A stretch of 64,000 bases of DNA from an uncultured Azospirillaceae bacterium (GTDB taxonomy: Bacteria; Pseudomonadota; Alphaproteobacteria; Rickettsiales; UBA3002). The notes under the pieces were generated by a model. That model made no database searches. It had not been told where the DNA came from and saw only the letters and a list, made by a program, of their open reading frames with translations. A program made the translations under genes and the position numbers. Shown in pieces: positions 19,828 through 30,160 of this stretch; positions within the stretch are counted from its first letter, which is position 1, and every line of letters starts with the position of its first letter. The DNA lies in contig CAZMBI010000007.1 of the NCBI GenBank assembly GCA_964564675.1, forward strand, positions 9,171 to 73,170, given 5' to 3'.

Positions 19828-21720
19828 ATGGGGATGTTGTTACGGTTTTGGTGTGTGGTGGTACTCGTGGGAGTGGCTGGCCAAGCCGACGCATCCGAAT
19901 TCGCTGAAGCTGTTGAAAAACGGCAGTGGGCTGCTGCCGAACGGGCGGCGGCGGGTGATGTATACCTTCGCACCTACGCCCATTGGCGGCGGCTGAAAGA
20001 CCATTACAGCGATGTCTCGTTTGACGAGCTGGCGCGCTTTATCCGCGGCAATCCCGACTGGCCGGACCTGAATATCCTGCGTCAGCGGGCAGAGAAGCTG
20101 TTATTCGTGGAAAACCGGCGCGAAGAAAGTAAGGACTGGCTGATCGATTATCCGCCGATTTCCGGTTATGGCAAGCTGGCGCTGGCGCGGCTGGAAAAAG
20201 GCAATGTCGCCGCACTGGTGAAAGACGGCTGGATTGAGGGGGATTTCGACGCTCGGGACGAGCCCAGCATCCTCGATGATTTCGGGCATTACCTCAGCCG
20301 CGCCGACCACCTGGCACGCATCAAGCGCCTGTTGCGGGACGATCGCGCCAGTATCGCCGAGCGCCATTTACATCTGGTGGATAAGGCGCATCAAAAACTG
20401 TTCCGCGCCCGGATTGCGCTGATTCGTTTTGATGTCGGTGTCGATACCAAAATTGCCGCCGTCCCTGACTCGCTGAAGCAGGATCACGGGCTGGTGGCCG
20501 ACCGTATCCGCTGGCGCGCCAAGAAAGGGCTGGAGCAACGCACCCTGGCGCTGCTACGGCAGATGGACCCGCAAAGCCCGTATACGCAGAAGGTCTGGCA
20601 TGTGCGCGCCTGGCATGTGCGTGAATTTCTGGAATCCAGACAGTACGACAACGCGCTGGAACTGCTGGAGCGCGCCGGCACGCTTGACCCCGGCGCCAAT
20701 GCCGAGCGGTTGTGGCTGAAAGGCTGGATTTATCTGGAATATCGCAAGGCACCGCGTACGGCCTATGAAGCGTTCGCCCATATGTTTCAGGACGTGAATT
20801 TTCCGGTCAGCAAGGCGCGCGCAGCTTATTGGGCGGCGCGCTCGGCGCAGGTGGCCGGGCAGAATGCCCTCGCCGATCGCTGGTATGATCAGGCGGCGCG
20901 CTACCCCACCGTGTTTTACGGTCAGCTGGCCTATGCCCGGCAGTTTCACGGTCAGCCGCTGCGTTTTCCCGATCCGCCGCGGGTGAATGATAATCAGGTG
21001 GAGCGGTATATGCGCCACCCGGTGTTTATCACGGCGCAGCGCCTTACCGACCGGCAGGAGCCCAATCTTGCGGTCAAGCTGATCAGCCACCTGGCCGAAA
21101 TTGCCGCCACACCGGGCGATATCGTGTCGCTGGTGCGGGCCTGCGCGCGCTCGGACATGCCGCTGGCACAGGTGCGCGCCATTAAAGCCGCCATCAAGCA
21201 GAATATTATTATGGCGGCGGAAGGCTGGCCGATAATTGAGCTCGGTGTCGGCATACCGATCGAGCCGGCGCTGGCCTTCGCCATTGCCCGGCAGGAAAGC
21301 GAATTTAATCCGCAGGCAGTCAGCCCCGCCGGCGCGCGCGGGCTAATGCAGATTATGCCGGCGACCGGCCGCCGGCTGGCACGCAAGATGAATTTGCGCT
21401 ATTCGCCGGAGCGGCTGTTCAACCCGGCCTATAACCTGCGCATGGGTGGCTGGTATCTGGGCAGCCTGATCGACCGCTTTGCCGGGTCGTATATTCTGGC
21501 GATTGCCGGATATAATGCCGGTCCGGGCCGCTCCGAGCAGTGGGTGCGGCGCTTTGCCCAACCGGGACGCGATCTGCGAGCGACGCTGAACTGGATGGAG
21601 ACGATTCCGTTTAAGGAAACGCGCAATTACGTGCAGCGTGTGCTGGAAAATCTGCAGGTATACCGGGCACGGCTAAACCCCGATGCGCCACTGATGATCG
21701 AAAGCGATTTATTGCGCTGA
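19828..21720 (+). CDS. soluble lytic murein transglycosylase (Slt family)
   Basis: C-terminal catalytic motif ARQESEFNPQAVSPAGARGLMQIMPATG...AGYNAGPG, preceded by a long helical repeat region. The signal peptide MGMLLRFWCVVVLVGVAGQADA supports a start at 19828. Confidence 0.85.
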   Translation: MGMLLRFWCVVVLVGVAGQADASEFAEAVEKRQWAAAERAAAGDVYLRTYAHWRRLKDHYSDVSFDELARFIRGNPDWPDLNILRQRAEKLLFVENRREESKDWLIDYPPISGYGKLALARLEKGNVAALVKDGWIEGDFDARDEPSILDDFGHYLSRADHLARIKRLLRDDRASIAERHLHLVDKAHQKLFRARIALIRFDVGVDTKIAAVPDSLKQDHGLVADRIRWRAKKGLEQRTLALLRQMDPQSPYTQKVWHVRAWHVREFLESRQYDNALELLERAGTLDPGANAERLWLKGWIYLEYRKAPRTAYEAFAHMFQDVNFPVSKARAAYWAARSAQVAGQNALADRWYDQAARYPTVFYGQLAYARQFHGQPLRFPDPPRVNDNQVERYMRHPVFITAQRLTDRQEPNLAVKLISHLAEIAATPGDIVSLVRACARSDMPLAQVRAIKAAIKQNIIMAAEGWPIIELGVGIPIEPALAFAIARQESEFNPQAVSPAGARGLMQIMPATGRRLARKMNLRYSPERLFNPAYNLRMGGWYLGSLIDRFAGSYILAIAGYNAGPGRSEQWVRRFAQPGRDLRATLNWMETIPFKETRNYVQRVLENLQVYRARLNPDAPLMIESDLLR

Positions 21721-21763
21721 ATTGCAACAATCTGGCTATGAAAAAGCAGCACTAATTGATTGC

Positions 21764-22663
21764 TTAAGCCTGAATATCCATACACCACAGCAAAATCGCC
21801 TTTTGCACATGCAGGCGGTTTTCTGCTTCGTCAAATACCACCGATTGCGGCCCGTCCAGCACCTCGTCGGTAACCTCCTCACCGCGATGCGCCGGCAGGC
21901 AATGCATGAATATGGCCGTGTCTTTGGCCAGCGCCATCAATTCGGCATTGATCTGATAGTCAATAAAGCTCTGGCGGCGCGACAGCGTGTCATCATCGCC
22001 CATCGACACCCAGGTATCGGTTACGACCACATCGGCATCACGCACGGCCTCGCGCGGGTTAGTGCAATACACCAGGGCGTCGGGATCGCCGAAATCCAGT
22101 CGCGGCGGGAAATTCTCCGGCGTCGCGATGCGCAGCGTAAAGCCCAGCATAATAGCCGCTTCCATCCAGCTATGGCAGACATTATTGCCGTCACCGCACC
22201 AAGCGACGACCTTGCCGGCGATTTCGCCGAACTGCTCGCGGATGGTGAACAGGTCCGCCATCAATTGACAAGGGTGATGCAGGTCCGTCAGGCCGTTGAT
22301 CACCGGGATACTGGCATATTCGGCCAGCTCCTCCAGCGTGGCGTGATAATTTGAGCGCAGCATGAGGGCGTGCACATAGCGCGAGAGCACTTGCGCCGTA
22401 TCGGCCACCGTTTCCCCGCGACCCAGCTGTAAATCCTGCTTTTGTAAAACGATCGCCTGCCCGCCAAGCTCCTGTATTGCCACTTCGAACGATACCCGCG
22501 TGCGGGTGGAGGGTTTTTCAAAGATCATCGCCAGCGTCCTGCCGGTTAGTTCACGGCGTAAAACGCCCTGCCGACGCTCGGCCTTCAGTGTTGCGGCAAG
22601 CGCGAACATCGCTTCCAGCTCATCGGCCGACTGGCCCATCAAATGGATAAAATCACGACTCAT
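21764..22663 (-). CDS. argF: ornithine carbamoyltransferase
   Basis: STRTR, HPCQ and HCLPAHRGEE motifs; 299 aa. Its start overlaps the argD stop. Confidence 0.95.
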   Translation of the reverse strand: MSRDFIHLMGQSADELEAMFALAATLKAERRQGVLRRELTGRTLAMIFEKPSTRTRVSFEVAIQELGGQAIVLQKQDLQLGRGETVADTAQVLSRYVHALMLRSNYHATLEELAEYASIPVINGLTDLHHPCQLMADLFTIREQFGEIAGKVVAWCGDGNNVCHSWMEAAIMLGFTLRIATPENFPPRLDFGDPDALVYCTNPREAVRDADVVVTDTWVSMGDDDTLSRRQSFIDYQINAELMALAKDTAIFMHCLPAHRGEEVTDEVLDGPQSVVFDEAENRLHVQKAILLWCMDIQA

Positions 22664-23838
22664 CGGGCTTCCTCCTGTAATACACGGTGCAGGATGTCCA
22701 TCGCCTGATCGATGTGCTCGGATGCCACAATCAACGGCGGCACGAAGCGCAGCACATCGCCGTAAGCCGGCGCCACCAGCAGGCCGTGCGGGCGCAGCCT
22801 GTCAGCAACCGTGCGCGCCGGCACGTGCAGGGCCAGCCCCTGCATCAAGCCCCAACCACGCACCTCGGCCACCAGCGCCGGATGCTCGGCGGCGCAGGCG
22901 CGCAGGCGCGCGTGCAGATATTCGCCCATGGCGCGTACATGATCAAAAAACCCTTCGGCCAGCATGACATCAAGCACGGCGTTGGCAACCGCCATCGCCA
23001 GCGGGTTGCTGCCATAGGTAGAGCCGTGACAGCCCGGTGTAAGACTTTCGGCAACGGCCGCAGACACCAGACACGCCCCGAGCGGAAATCCGTTTCCGAT
23101 GCCTTTAGCGCAGGTGATGATATCCGGGTGCACGCCCGATTGCTCGCTGGTGAACAGCGCACCAGTCCGACCATAACCGCACTGTACTTCGTCAAAACAA
23201 AGCAGCAGCCCGTGCGCATCACACAGTGCTCGCAGACCAGCAAGAAATTCCGGCGCGGCCACATGCACCCCACCCTCGCCCTGGACCGGTTCAAGCAATA
23301 TGCCGGCGGTCTCCCCGGTAACAGCCGCCTTGACCGCTTCCAGATCGTTCAGCGGTACTTGGTCAAAACCTTCCAGCAGCGGGGCAAAGCCCTCGCGGGC
23401 AATGGCGTTGCCGCCGGCGGAAATGCACGCCATCGAGCGCCCGTGAAAGCCGTTTTCAAAGGTGATGAGGCGATAGCGTTTCGCATCACCCGTGGCATAG
23501 TGGTAGCGGCGGCTGAATTTGATCGCCGCTTCCAGCGCTTCCGCCCCGGAGGAACAGAAAAACGCCGATTCCAACGGGCTGTTGGCGATCAGGCGCGCGG
23601 CAAAGTCTGCGAGTGGCTGGTTAAGATAATTATTGGAGCAATGCCACAGAAGCTCTGCCTGATCCTTTAATGCCGCCACCACATGCGGGTGGCCATGCCC
23701 CAGCGCGTTCACCGCGATACCGGCGGCGAAATCGAGATAGGGTGTCTCGTCGGTATCATACAGATACATCCCTTCGCCGCGCGCCATGGTAATCTCGGCA
23801 CGCCGGTAAACCGGCAGATAGGGCGTCAGGCGGTGCAT
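22660..23838 (-). CDS. argD: acetylornithine aminotransferase (class III PLP aminotransferase)
   Basis: DEVQCGYGRTG and the PLP-lysine context ITCAKGIGNGFPLGA. It lies immediately upstream of argF. Confidence 0.92.
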   Translation of the reverse strand: MHRLTPYLPVYRRAEITMARGEGMYLYDTDETPYLDFAAGIAVNALGHGHPHVVAALKDQAELLWHCSNNYLNQPLADFAARLIANSPLESAFFCSSGAEALEAAIKFSRRYHYATGDAKRYRLITFENGFHGRSMACISAGGNAIAREGFAPLLEGFDQVPLNDLEAVKAAVTGETAGILLEPVQGEGGVHVAAPEFLAGLRALCDAHGLLLCFDEVQCGYGRTGALFTSEQSGVHPDIITCAKGIGNGFPLGACLVSAAVAESLTPGCHGSTYGSNPLAMAVANAVLDVMLAEGFFDHVRAMGEYLHARLRACAAEHPALVAEVRGWGLMQGLALHVPARTVADRLRPHGLLVAPAYGDVLRFVPPLIVASEHIDQAMDILHRVLQEEAR

Positions 23839-24027
23839 AAAAGACGTTTAGGAGGACGACGGGGGAAAATCAATCATTATCCCGGAAAGCGGGCAACAAA
23901 AAGCCCCCGGCGACGGTTACCTTGGATGGAGAGGCTACGTGCTGGTCGGGGGCTCTTGTCAATGGGGCAAGGTATTGCCCCTCTCGTATGCCGGGACTAT
24001 GTTGCCGCCGGCACATTCACATAATCC

Positions 24028-24231
24028 TTACGCGATGTCACCGCCGCTCTGGCTCTGGCGATGATGATGCGGCAGGATGCGTTCCAGTTCTTCCTTTATC
24101 AGCAGCTTTTGCTTTTTCAACGTTTGAATGACCGTAAAATCCGGCAGCGGTCGGTGCGATTCTTCATCCACCATAGCGCTTAATTTGGCATGCTTGTTTT
24201 CTAACGCCGAAATATGAGCTGCGAGCGACAT
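24028..24231 (-). CDS. DUF465 (YdcH-like) small protein
   Basis: 67 aa. The coiled pattern LENKHAKLSAMVDEE...LKKQKLLIKEELERI is typical of DUF465. Confidence 0.7.
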   Translation of the reverse strand: MSLAAHISALENKHAKLSAMVDEESHRPLPDFTVIQTLKKQKLLIKEELERILPHHHRQSQSGGDIA

Positions 24232-24551
24232 AAACTCTCCATTCTTTATCTAATTAAACAACGACATAAATTGCGGAAATGTGGCGGTGCCGGATGTGCT
24301 TCCGACATGAACTGAAGCCAACTAACTAACCTCTTATATAAAAGCAAATCGGTCTTTGTATTTCAAGCAAAAAAAACGTCAAGTTTTAATTATATTTTTT
24401 CAACGGGTATTGACATATCCGCTATCCCTTTGTGGCATTTAGGTTCTGCTCATAGAATGAACGCTCGTTAAAAATCCATTAGATGGACCGGCGCGTTTCT
24501 GCTATAATCTGGTGTTGCAATGCAATATCACCTTAAGCGCTAACCAAATGG

Positions 24552-24764
24552 ATGAATCAGACTATGGACGACGAAGTAGTTCTCGTGCGGGAGCTTGACG
24601 ACCTGCGTACACAACATCGGCAAATTGACCATGCCATACATGACCTGCTTGAAGCACCTTACGCCGACCAATTGCAACTGGCGCGGCTGAAGCGCGAGAA
24701 ATTACGACTCAAAGACGCCATCTGCCAGCTGGAAGAGCAGATTTATCCGGACATTATCGCGTAA
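24552..24764 (+). CDS. DUF465 (YdcH-like) small protein
   Basis: 70 aa. The pattern LRTQHRQIDHAIHDL...LARLKREKLRLKDAICQLE matches DUF465. A TGcTATAAT extended -10-like element lies at 24500-24508. Confidence 0.7.
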   Translation: MNQTMDDEVVLVRELDDLRTQHRQIDHAIHDLLEAPYADQLQLARLKREKLRLKDAICQLEEQIYPDIIA

Positions 24765-24776
24765 ATCGCAGGCAGC

Positions 24777-26672
24777 TCAGGCCAGCAATGCATTCATCCG
24801 CTGCGCAAAAGCGGCGGGGTCCGCCGGCGGTTCGCCTTCCAGCAGTTTGGCCTGATCAAGCAACAGCCAGCCCATCCGCTCAAAATCCGCGCCGTCGCTG
24901 GTTGCCTCGAGCTTTTTGATCACGGCATGTTCCGGATTGATTTCCAGAATCTTGGGCATCGCTTGCGGCAGCTGCTTGTTTTCCAGCAGGAAGCGCTCAA
25001 GACGCAATTCCATATCACCGGCGCCGATGCCAAGACACACCGGGCTTTCGGAGAGTTTATCCGTGACCCGCACTTCGCGCACAGCCTCGCCATATAGCTG
25101 CTTCAGGCGCTCAATAAGCGAAGACACGTCTGGCTTGTCGGTTGCGGTTTCAGCCGTCTCCGAGGTGTCTTGTGCCTCCTCCTCAGGCGCAAATTGCTTG
25201 AGGTCTTCTCCGGCTCGGGTCACCGATTTGAAATCCTTGCCCTGATATTTGGGGTGCACGCTGAGCCAGAAATCATCGACATGATCGGCCAGCAGCAATA
25301 CCTCCACACCGTATTTACGGAAACCCTCCAGCTGCGGGCTGCGCCGCAAAGACGCCACGTCATCGCCGGTGATCACATAAATCGCTTCCTGCCCCTCCTT
25401 CATGCGGGCGATATAGTCTTCCAGACTGACCATTTGGCTGTCGCTGTGGGTGCTCCAGAAACGGCAGGTTTCTAAAATCTTGTCTTTGGGTACATCGCTT
25501 TCGCACAGCCCTTCCTTGATGACCGGGCCGAAATTGTTCCAAAAGCCGATATAGTCGACCGGCTCCTTCTTCGCTTTTTTGATCAGCTCGTTGAGCACCT
25601 TGTTGACGATCCCGTCACGGATTTTGCGCACGACCGGATTGGCCTGCAGGGTTTCTCGGCTGATATTCAGCGGCAGGTCTTCCGAATCGATAATCCCGCG
25701 CAGAAAACGCAGATATTGCGGGATCAGTTCGATACCCTCATCGGTGATGAATACGCGTTTAACGTATAATTTCACACGCCGGCGGCGTTCGGGATGATAC
25801 AGATCAAACGGCTTCATCGACGGGATGAACAGCAGGCTGGTATATTCAATCACCCCTTCCGCCTTGTTATGTAGCGTCAGCCAGGGCTCATCAGGCATAT
25901 GGCTGACATGGTGATAAAACTCCTTATATTGCTCGGGCGTGATCTCGGATTTCGAGCGTGCCCACAGGGCCGAGCCGGTATTGACGATTTCTTCCGTGCC
26001 GTCTTCCTGTATCAGCGCGATGGGAAAGGAAATATGGTCGGAGTAGGTCTGCGCGATATGGCGCAGCTTGAAGCGGTCGAGATAGGTGGCGCGCTCGTCT
26101 TCTTTAATGTGCAAGATGATGCTGGTGCCGCGCGGGCGGTCTGCAGCCGGTTCCACCGTAAAGCTGCCGCTGCCATCTGATAGCCAGTGCCAGGCCTGCT
26201 CCTCGCCGGCTTTGCGGCTTAAGACTTCTACTTTTTCCGCCACCATAAAGCTGGAATAAAACCCGACGCCGAACTGTCCGATCAGGCTCATATCCTTCTG
26301 ATTGTCGCCGGTCATTTGCGAGACGAATTCCTGCGTGCCGGATTTGGCGATGGTACCCAAATCGGTGATGAGGTTATCGCGGTTCATGCCGATGCCGTTA
26401 TCGGTCACAGTGATGGTATTGGCCTCGCTATCGATCGACAGCGTGATTTTAAGCTCCTTATCGTCGCCGTACAGGCTGTCATCCTGCAGTGCTTCGTAAC
26501 GCAGCTTGTCGCAGGCATCGGAGGCGTTGGAGATTAATTCGCGAAGGAAAATGTCCTTATTGGTGTATAAGGAATGGATCATCAACTGCAACACTTTGGC
26601 GATTTCAGCTGAAAACTGAACGGATTCGGCGGCCGGTTGATCTTCCGGTTTGGATTTAGTCGCGGTTGCCAT
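24777..26672 (-). CDS. htpG: molecular chaperone HtpG (Hsp90)
   Basis: 631 aa with Hsp90 N-terminal signatures FLRELISNASDACDKLR and GQFGVGFYS. Confidence 0.97.
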   Translation of the reverse strand: MATATKSKPEDQPAAESVQFSAEIAKVLQLMIHSLYTNKDIFLRELISNASDACDKLRYEALQDDSLYGDDKELKITLSIDSEANTITVTDNGIGMNRDNLITDLGTIAKSGTQEFVSQMTGDNQKDMSLIGQFGVGFYSSFMVAEKVEVLSRKAGEEQAWHWLSDGSGSFTVEPAADRPRGTSIILHIKEDERATYLDRFKLRHIAQTYSDHISFPIALIQEDGTEEIVNTGSALWARSKSEITPEQYKEFYHHVSHMPDEPWLTLHNKAEGVIEYTSLLFIPSMKPFDLYHPERRRRVKLYVKRVFITDEGIELIPQYLRFLRGIIDSEDLPLNISRETLQANPVVRKIRDGIVNKVLNELIKKAKKEPVDYIGFWNNFGPVIKEGLCESDVPKDKILETCRFWSTHSDSQMVSLEDYIARMKEGQEAIYVITGDDVASLRRSPQLEGFRKYGVEVLLLADHVDDFWLSVHPKYQGKDFKSVTRAGEDLKQFAPEEEAQDTSETAETATDKPDVSSLIERLKQLYGEAVREVRVTDKLSESPVCLGIGAGDMELRLERFLLENKQLPQAMPKILEINPEHAVIKKLEATSDGADFERMGWLLLDQAKLLEGEPPADPAAFAQRMNALLA

Positions 26673-26787
26673 ACACTATGCTCCTGATTGCGGGTTGTTT
26701 TATACAACCCAGATATGGGACGGCTTAACAAAAATGCAAGTTGCTGCTACAATGGGAATTAATAAAACAGAAAGATTTCCTGTTATC

Positions 26788-27675
26788 ATGCCTTTACGCA
26801 TCTGCATGGCACTATGCGCCGCGTTGTTAATGACTATGCCAGCGCATGGCGGCCAGCCCTCCAAGCCAATGCACAAAACCCTCAAAGATGAAGTGGTCTA
26901 TCGGGTCTCGCTTGGTAAGCCTGAAGACGTCAAAATGCTGGTGGAGCGCCTGGGCAACCCCAATGCAGTGGATAATATGGGCTGGCCGTTGCTGGCGATT
27001 GCCGCCTCACGCACGGATGAAGCGGCGCTGGATGTGGTCAAAGCGCTTGTCGAGTTAGGAGCGGACGTGAATTATCACGGCGGGCGGATGAATTATCCGC
27101 TGATGTTTGCCGTGCAAAGCGGGCAACCGGAAGTTGTCAAATACCTGCTGGAACAGGGCGCCAACTACCGCGTCACCGACCCGTATGGGGTGAAAGTCGT
27201 AGATTTCGCCCGACAAAGCGGTAATGAGGAAGTCATCGACCTGATCGAAACCGCCATCAACGAAGATGTGATGAATCTGGCGCGTGTGCGTAGCCAGAAA
27301 TATTTAGACAAAATCACCCGTGAGCTCGCATTTCATGCCTGCGCCATGCAATATTACACGTATTATTATGCCTCGGAACAAGATCCCATTCCCAAGGGAG
27401 AGCAGAAAGCAACCCTAGAAAAACACAAACATAAAATAGGCCGCAGTATCGGCGATTTGACCACGCTGTTCCGGGTACCTAAACCGGAAACCGATGAGAT
27501 TTTTCATGAAGCGCGCAGCCGCATATTTAATGAGCTGGAAAACCTGATTTCCAACCGCTGGCGGCGGATTAAAGGAGTCGGCAAGCCCGGCGATATGGAA
27601 GAACGCTGCAACCGCCTGACCGAAGAATGGCACGAAGGCATCTTCGATAAGGAACAGCTGGATAAAGAGCTGTAA
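26788..27675 (+). CDS. secreted ankyrin-repeat protein
   Basis: Signal peptide MPLRICMALCAALLMTMPAHG, then ankyrin repeats (GWPLLAIAASR...VVKALVELGADVNYHGGRMNYPLMFAVQSGQPEVVKYLLEQGANYRVTDPYG). I chose the start at 26788 because the longer ORF from 26650 overlaps htpG. Confidence 0.8.
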   Translation: MPLRICMALCAALLMTMPAHGGQPSKPMHKTLKDEVVYRVSLGKPEDVKMLVERLGNPNAVDNMGWPLLAIAASRTDEAALDVVKALVELGADVNYHGGRMNYPLMFAVQSGQPEVVKYLLEQGANYRVTDPYGVKVVDFARQSGNEEVIDLIETAINEDVMNLARVRSQKYLDKITRELAFHACAMQYYTYYYASEQDPIPKGEQKATLEKHKHKIGRSIGDLTTLFRVPKPETDEIFHEARSRIFNELENLISNRWRRIKGVGKPGDMEERCNRLTEEWHEGIFDKEQLDKEL

Positions 27676-27686
27676 TCACAAGAGTG

Positions 27687-28247
27687 TTATTGTTTTTTCG
27701 CTATCAGCTTAATCTCTAACGGAATTTTCAGCGAGACCCATTCGCCGGTGGGATCGGACGCTTTCCCGATATGAAAATCCATACGGTTCAGCATGGTGGC
27801 GGCATTCACCTCGGCGCGCTCGCCTTCTATGGCGATGCTGGCATCAAGCGTTACCGGCACCGAGTGGCCGCGCATGGATAACATTCCCTCCACACGATAG
27901 CGATCATCACCTTTTTCCAGCGGCACAAAAGTTTCCGCCAGATAGGTCGCCCTGGGATTGTTTTTACTGTTCAGCCAGTCCGATTGCGGCAGGGTTTTAT
28001 CGTAGGTGGTATCACCGGTGACGGCTGAGGTCAGATCGACCGTGATCATAACCCGCGATTCATCCAGCTGGTGCGGGTTAAACCGGATATCACCGCTGAA
28101 TTGGCTGAACCGGCCGGTAAACTCACTACCGGCATGGGTGCCGCTAAAACGGATATGGCTTTGCTCCGGCTTGATTTGCCACTGCGCTGCCATAGCCGCT
28201 ACCGGCAGCAGCATCGCCATCAACCAGAAAGTCAGCAAGTATTTCAT
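27687..28247 (-). CDS. YceI-family periplasmic protein
   Basis: A signal peptide plus the pattern W.IKPEQSHIRFSGTHAGSEFTGRF...MRGHSVPVTL is typical of the YceI lipocalin-like family. Confidence 0.85.
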   Translation of the reverse strand: MKYLLTFWLMAMLLPVAAMAAQWQIKPEQSHIRFSGTHAGSEFTGRFSQFSGDIRFNPHQLDESRVMITVDLTSAVTGDTTYDKTLPQSDWLNSKNNPRATYLAETFVPLEKGDDRYRVEGMLSMRGHSVPVTLDASIAIEGERAEVNAATMLNRMDFHIGKASDPTGEWVSLKIPLEIKLIAKKQ

Positions 28248-28825
28248 GACGGCCTCCGTGGCGTGATGAACGGCACCATTCGCGCAAGCACGGCATCGCG
28301 GTCAATAAAATGATGTTTCAGCGCCGCGCCGATATGGATGCACAATAAACCCAGCGTCGCCAGTGCCATATATTCATGGCCCGCTTTAAACCAGCCTTCA
28401 TAAAGCTGTTTGTGCTGCGCTTCGGCCAGCCAGGGAATATGCGGCCACTCGAACAGGCCGAATACCACCGTCGGCAGGCCGAGCGGGCTTGAGGAGACCA
28501 TCGCCCAGCCCAGCAGCGGTATGGTAATCATAAACACATAAAAGGTGACATGCGACGTGTGAGCGGCCACACGCTCCCAACGCGGCATATGCGAGGGCAA
28601 GGCCGGGGCCGCATGGGTTAAGCGCCAACCCAGCCGGACCACGCTGAGCAGCAAAACCGTCAGGCCAAGCGATTTATGCCATTGATATATCTTATAGGCC
28701 AGCGCCTGAGTTTGTTTATCCTTGATGGCGTCTTCCATCCACAAACCGGAGGCCAGTTGCAGAATGATCGCCAGCGCAATTACCCAATGCAGCAATATGG
28801 CGATTCGCGTGTAGCGAGTGCTCAT
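28244..28825 (-). CDS. cytochrome b561 family protein
   Basis: YTRIAILLHWVIALAIILQLASG with four TM helices and conserved His residues. It sits between two yceI genes, which is a common arrangement. Confidence 0.85.
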   Translation of the reverse strand: MSTRYTRIAILLHWVIALAIILQLASGLWMEDAIKDKQTQALAYKIYQWHKSLGLTVLLLSVVRLGWRLTHAAPALPSHMPRWERVAAHTSHVTFYVFMITIPLLGWAMVSSSPLGLPTVVFGLFEWPHIPWLAEAQHKQLYEGWFKAGHEYMALATLGLLCIHIGAALKHHFIDRDAVLARMVPFITPRRPS

Positions 28826-28831
28826 AATCGG

Positions 28832-29449
28832 CTACTCTTGACGCAGAAATTCAGCTTCAATCAAGAGCTTGACTTCATCTCCTACATTAGGCACCAGGTA
28901 ATCCATCCCCCATTGCGACCGCCTGAGCGTGCCCTCCGCTGAAAACCCGAGCGCGGCGACATCGGCATACGGATGTTCTGCCATCGAGCCGTTGAACGTG
29001 ACATCCAGTGTCACCGGCTGAGTCTCACCCAGCATGGTGAGTTCACCATGCACTTTGCCGGAACGCTCGCCCGTTTTCTCGATTTTCGTCGAAGTGAACA
29101 TGATCTGCGGATATTGACCGGCATTAAAGAAATTCTCGCTGGTTTGCAGTTTCTTATCAAAATCTTTTTCTTTCGGTTTGGGATAGTCGGTTTCAACTGA
29201 CATCGGGTCAACCGTCACATCAAGCCGGCTGTCCGTGATATTGCCCGGATCGAAAGCAAGCGTCGCATCAAATGCGGTAAACCGCGCCGTATAATCCGAC
29301 AACCCCAGATGATTCACTTTCCAGATCAGGCTGGCATGGGTTGGATCCAGCTTATAAGTACCGGCGGGCGCTTCAATTTCCACTTCGGCGCGCGCCGTAA
29401 ACGCCACCAAAGCAGCAGACAACAAACTGACTAAAACTGTTTTCATCAC
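28832..29449 (-). CDS. YceI-family periplasmic protein
   Basis: A signal peptide and YKLDPTHASLIWKVNHLGLSDYTARF...HGELTMLGETQPVTLDV match the YceI pattern. Confidence 0.85.
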   Translation of the reverse strand: MMKTVLVSLLSAALVAFTARAEVEIEAPAGTYKLDPTHASLIWKVNHLGLSDYTARFTAFDATLAFDPGNITDSRLDVTVDPMSVETDYPKPKEKDFDKKLQTSENFFNAGQYPQIMFTSTKIEKTGERSGKVHGELTMLGETQPVTLDVTFNGSMAEHPYADVAALGFSAEGTLRRSQWGMDYLVPNVGDEVKLLIEAEFLRQE

Positions 29450-29464
29450 AAACCTCCCTTGATG

Positions 29465-30070
29465 TTAAGCAGCAAATAAACCATACGGTGTCGCCTCAGC
29501 CCGGCGCTTATCGGCCAGCGCCCCGGCGTACCATTTCAATTCTTTCAAAAAGCGATCCGTCGCCTTGCTCAGCCCGGCCGCCCCTTCACCCACCGGCGCA
29601 CCCTGCTCATCCAGCGCAGTCTGAACGGGCCCGATGCCTAAAATGCTGGGAATGCAGACCATGCCCAGTTCCGCCAATAGCACACGCAAATGCATGGCCA
29701 CACGCATCCCGGAAAAGCGACCGGCGGAATAGCTAGCGATACCCACCGGCCGCCATCCCCACTCTTCCAAATAGTGGTCTAGCATGTTTTTCAGTCCCGG
29801 CTGGATGGAGTGATTATATTCTCCGGCTAACACAATGAACGCATCGGCGGCTTTGATCTGCCGGGCGAGCCGCTCCATATTGTCGGGCGCCTCACCGGCT
29901 GGGTATTCTTTATACATGCGATCCAGCATCGGTAAATCCACCGCTTTGGCATTGGCCACTTCCACCTGAAAGCCGTGCCGGGCTGCCTCCTGCTGCAAAA
30001 ACGGGATAATACGCGCGCCGTTACTGTTGCGCCGGTAAGAGCCGAATAGAACCAACAATTTCATAGCCAC
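29465..30070 (-). CDS. NADPH-dependent FMN reductase family protein
   Basis: Flavodoxin-like N-terminus MKLLVLFGSYRRNSNG and an EYNHSIQPGLKNMLD motif. Confidence 0.8.
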   Translation of the reverse strand: MAMKLLVLFGSYRRNSNGARIIPFLQQEAARHGFQVEVANAKAVDLPMLDRMYKEYPAGEAPDNMERLARQIKAADAFIVLAGEYNHSIQPGLKNMLDHYLEEWGWRPVGIASYSAGRFSGMRVAMHLRVLLAELGMVCIPSILGIGPVQTALDEQGAPVGEGAAGLSKATDRFLKELKWYAGALADKRRAEATPYGLFAA

Positions 30071-30160
30071 TCCCTGATTGATAGATCTAGAACTTAATCA
30101 GATTTCAACCGTGCGGCAAGTGGCAATAGCGGACTCAGATTGATTCTGAACTGCGAACAA

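Noticed and set aside
22687-23670. 327-aa ORF antisense to argD.
   Set aside because: It is a shadow ORF. argD on the minus strand has clear class III aminotransferase motifs, and the plus-strand product is low-complexity and Arg/His/Gln-rich.
23964-23981. Perfect 7-bp hairpin GGGGCAA-GGTA-TTGCCCC downstream of the DUF465 gene, together with a longer-range AGCCCCCG/CGGGGGCT pairing nearby.
   Set aside because: There is no adjacent U-run on either strand and nothing identifies it as a known RNA element. It may be a weak terminator or part of the argD leader, but the evidence is too thin to call.
26650-26787. N-terminal extension of the ankyrin-protein ORF.
   Set aside because: It overlaps the htpG start and adds non-signal-like residues. 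The internal ATG at 26788 gives a clean signal peptide.
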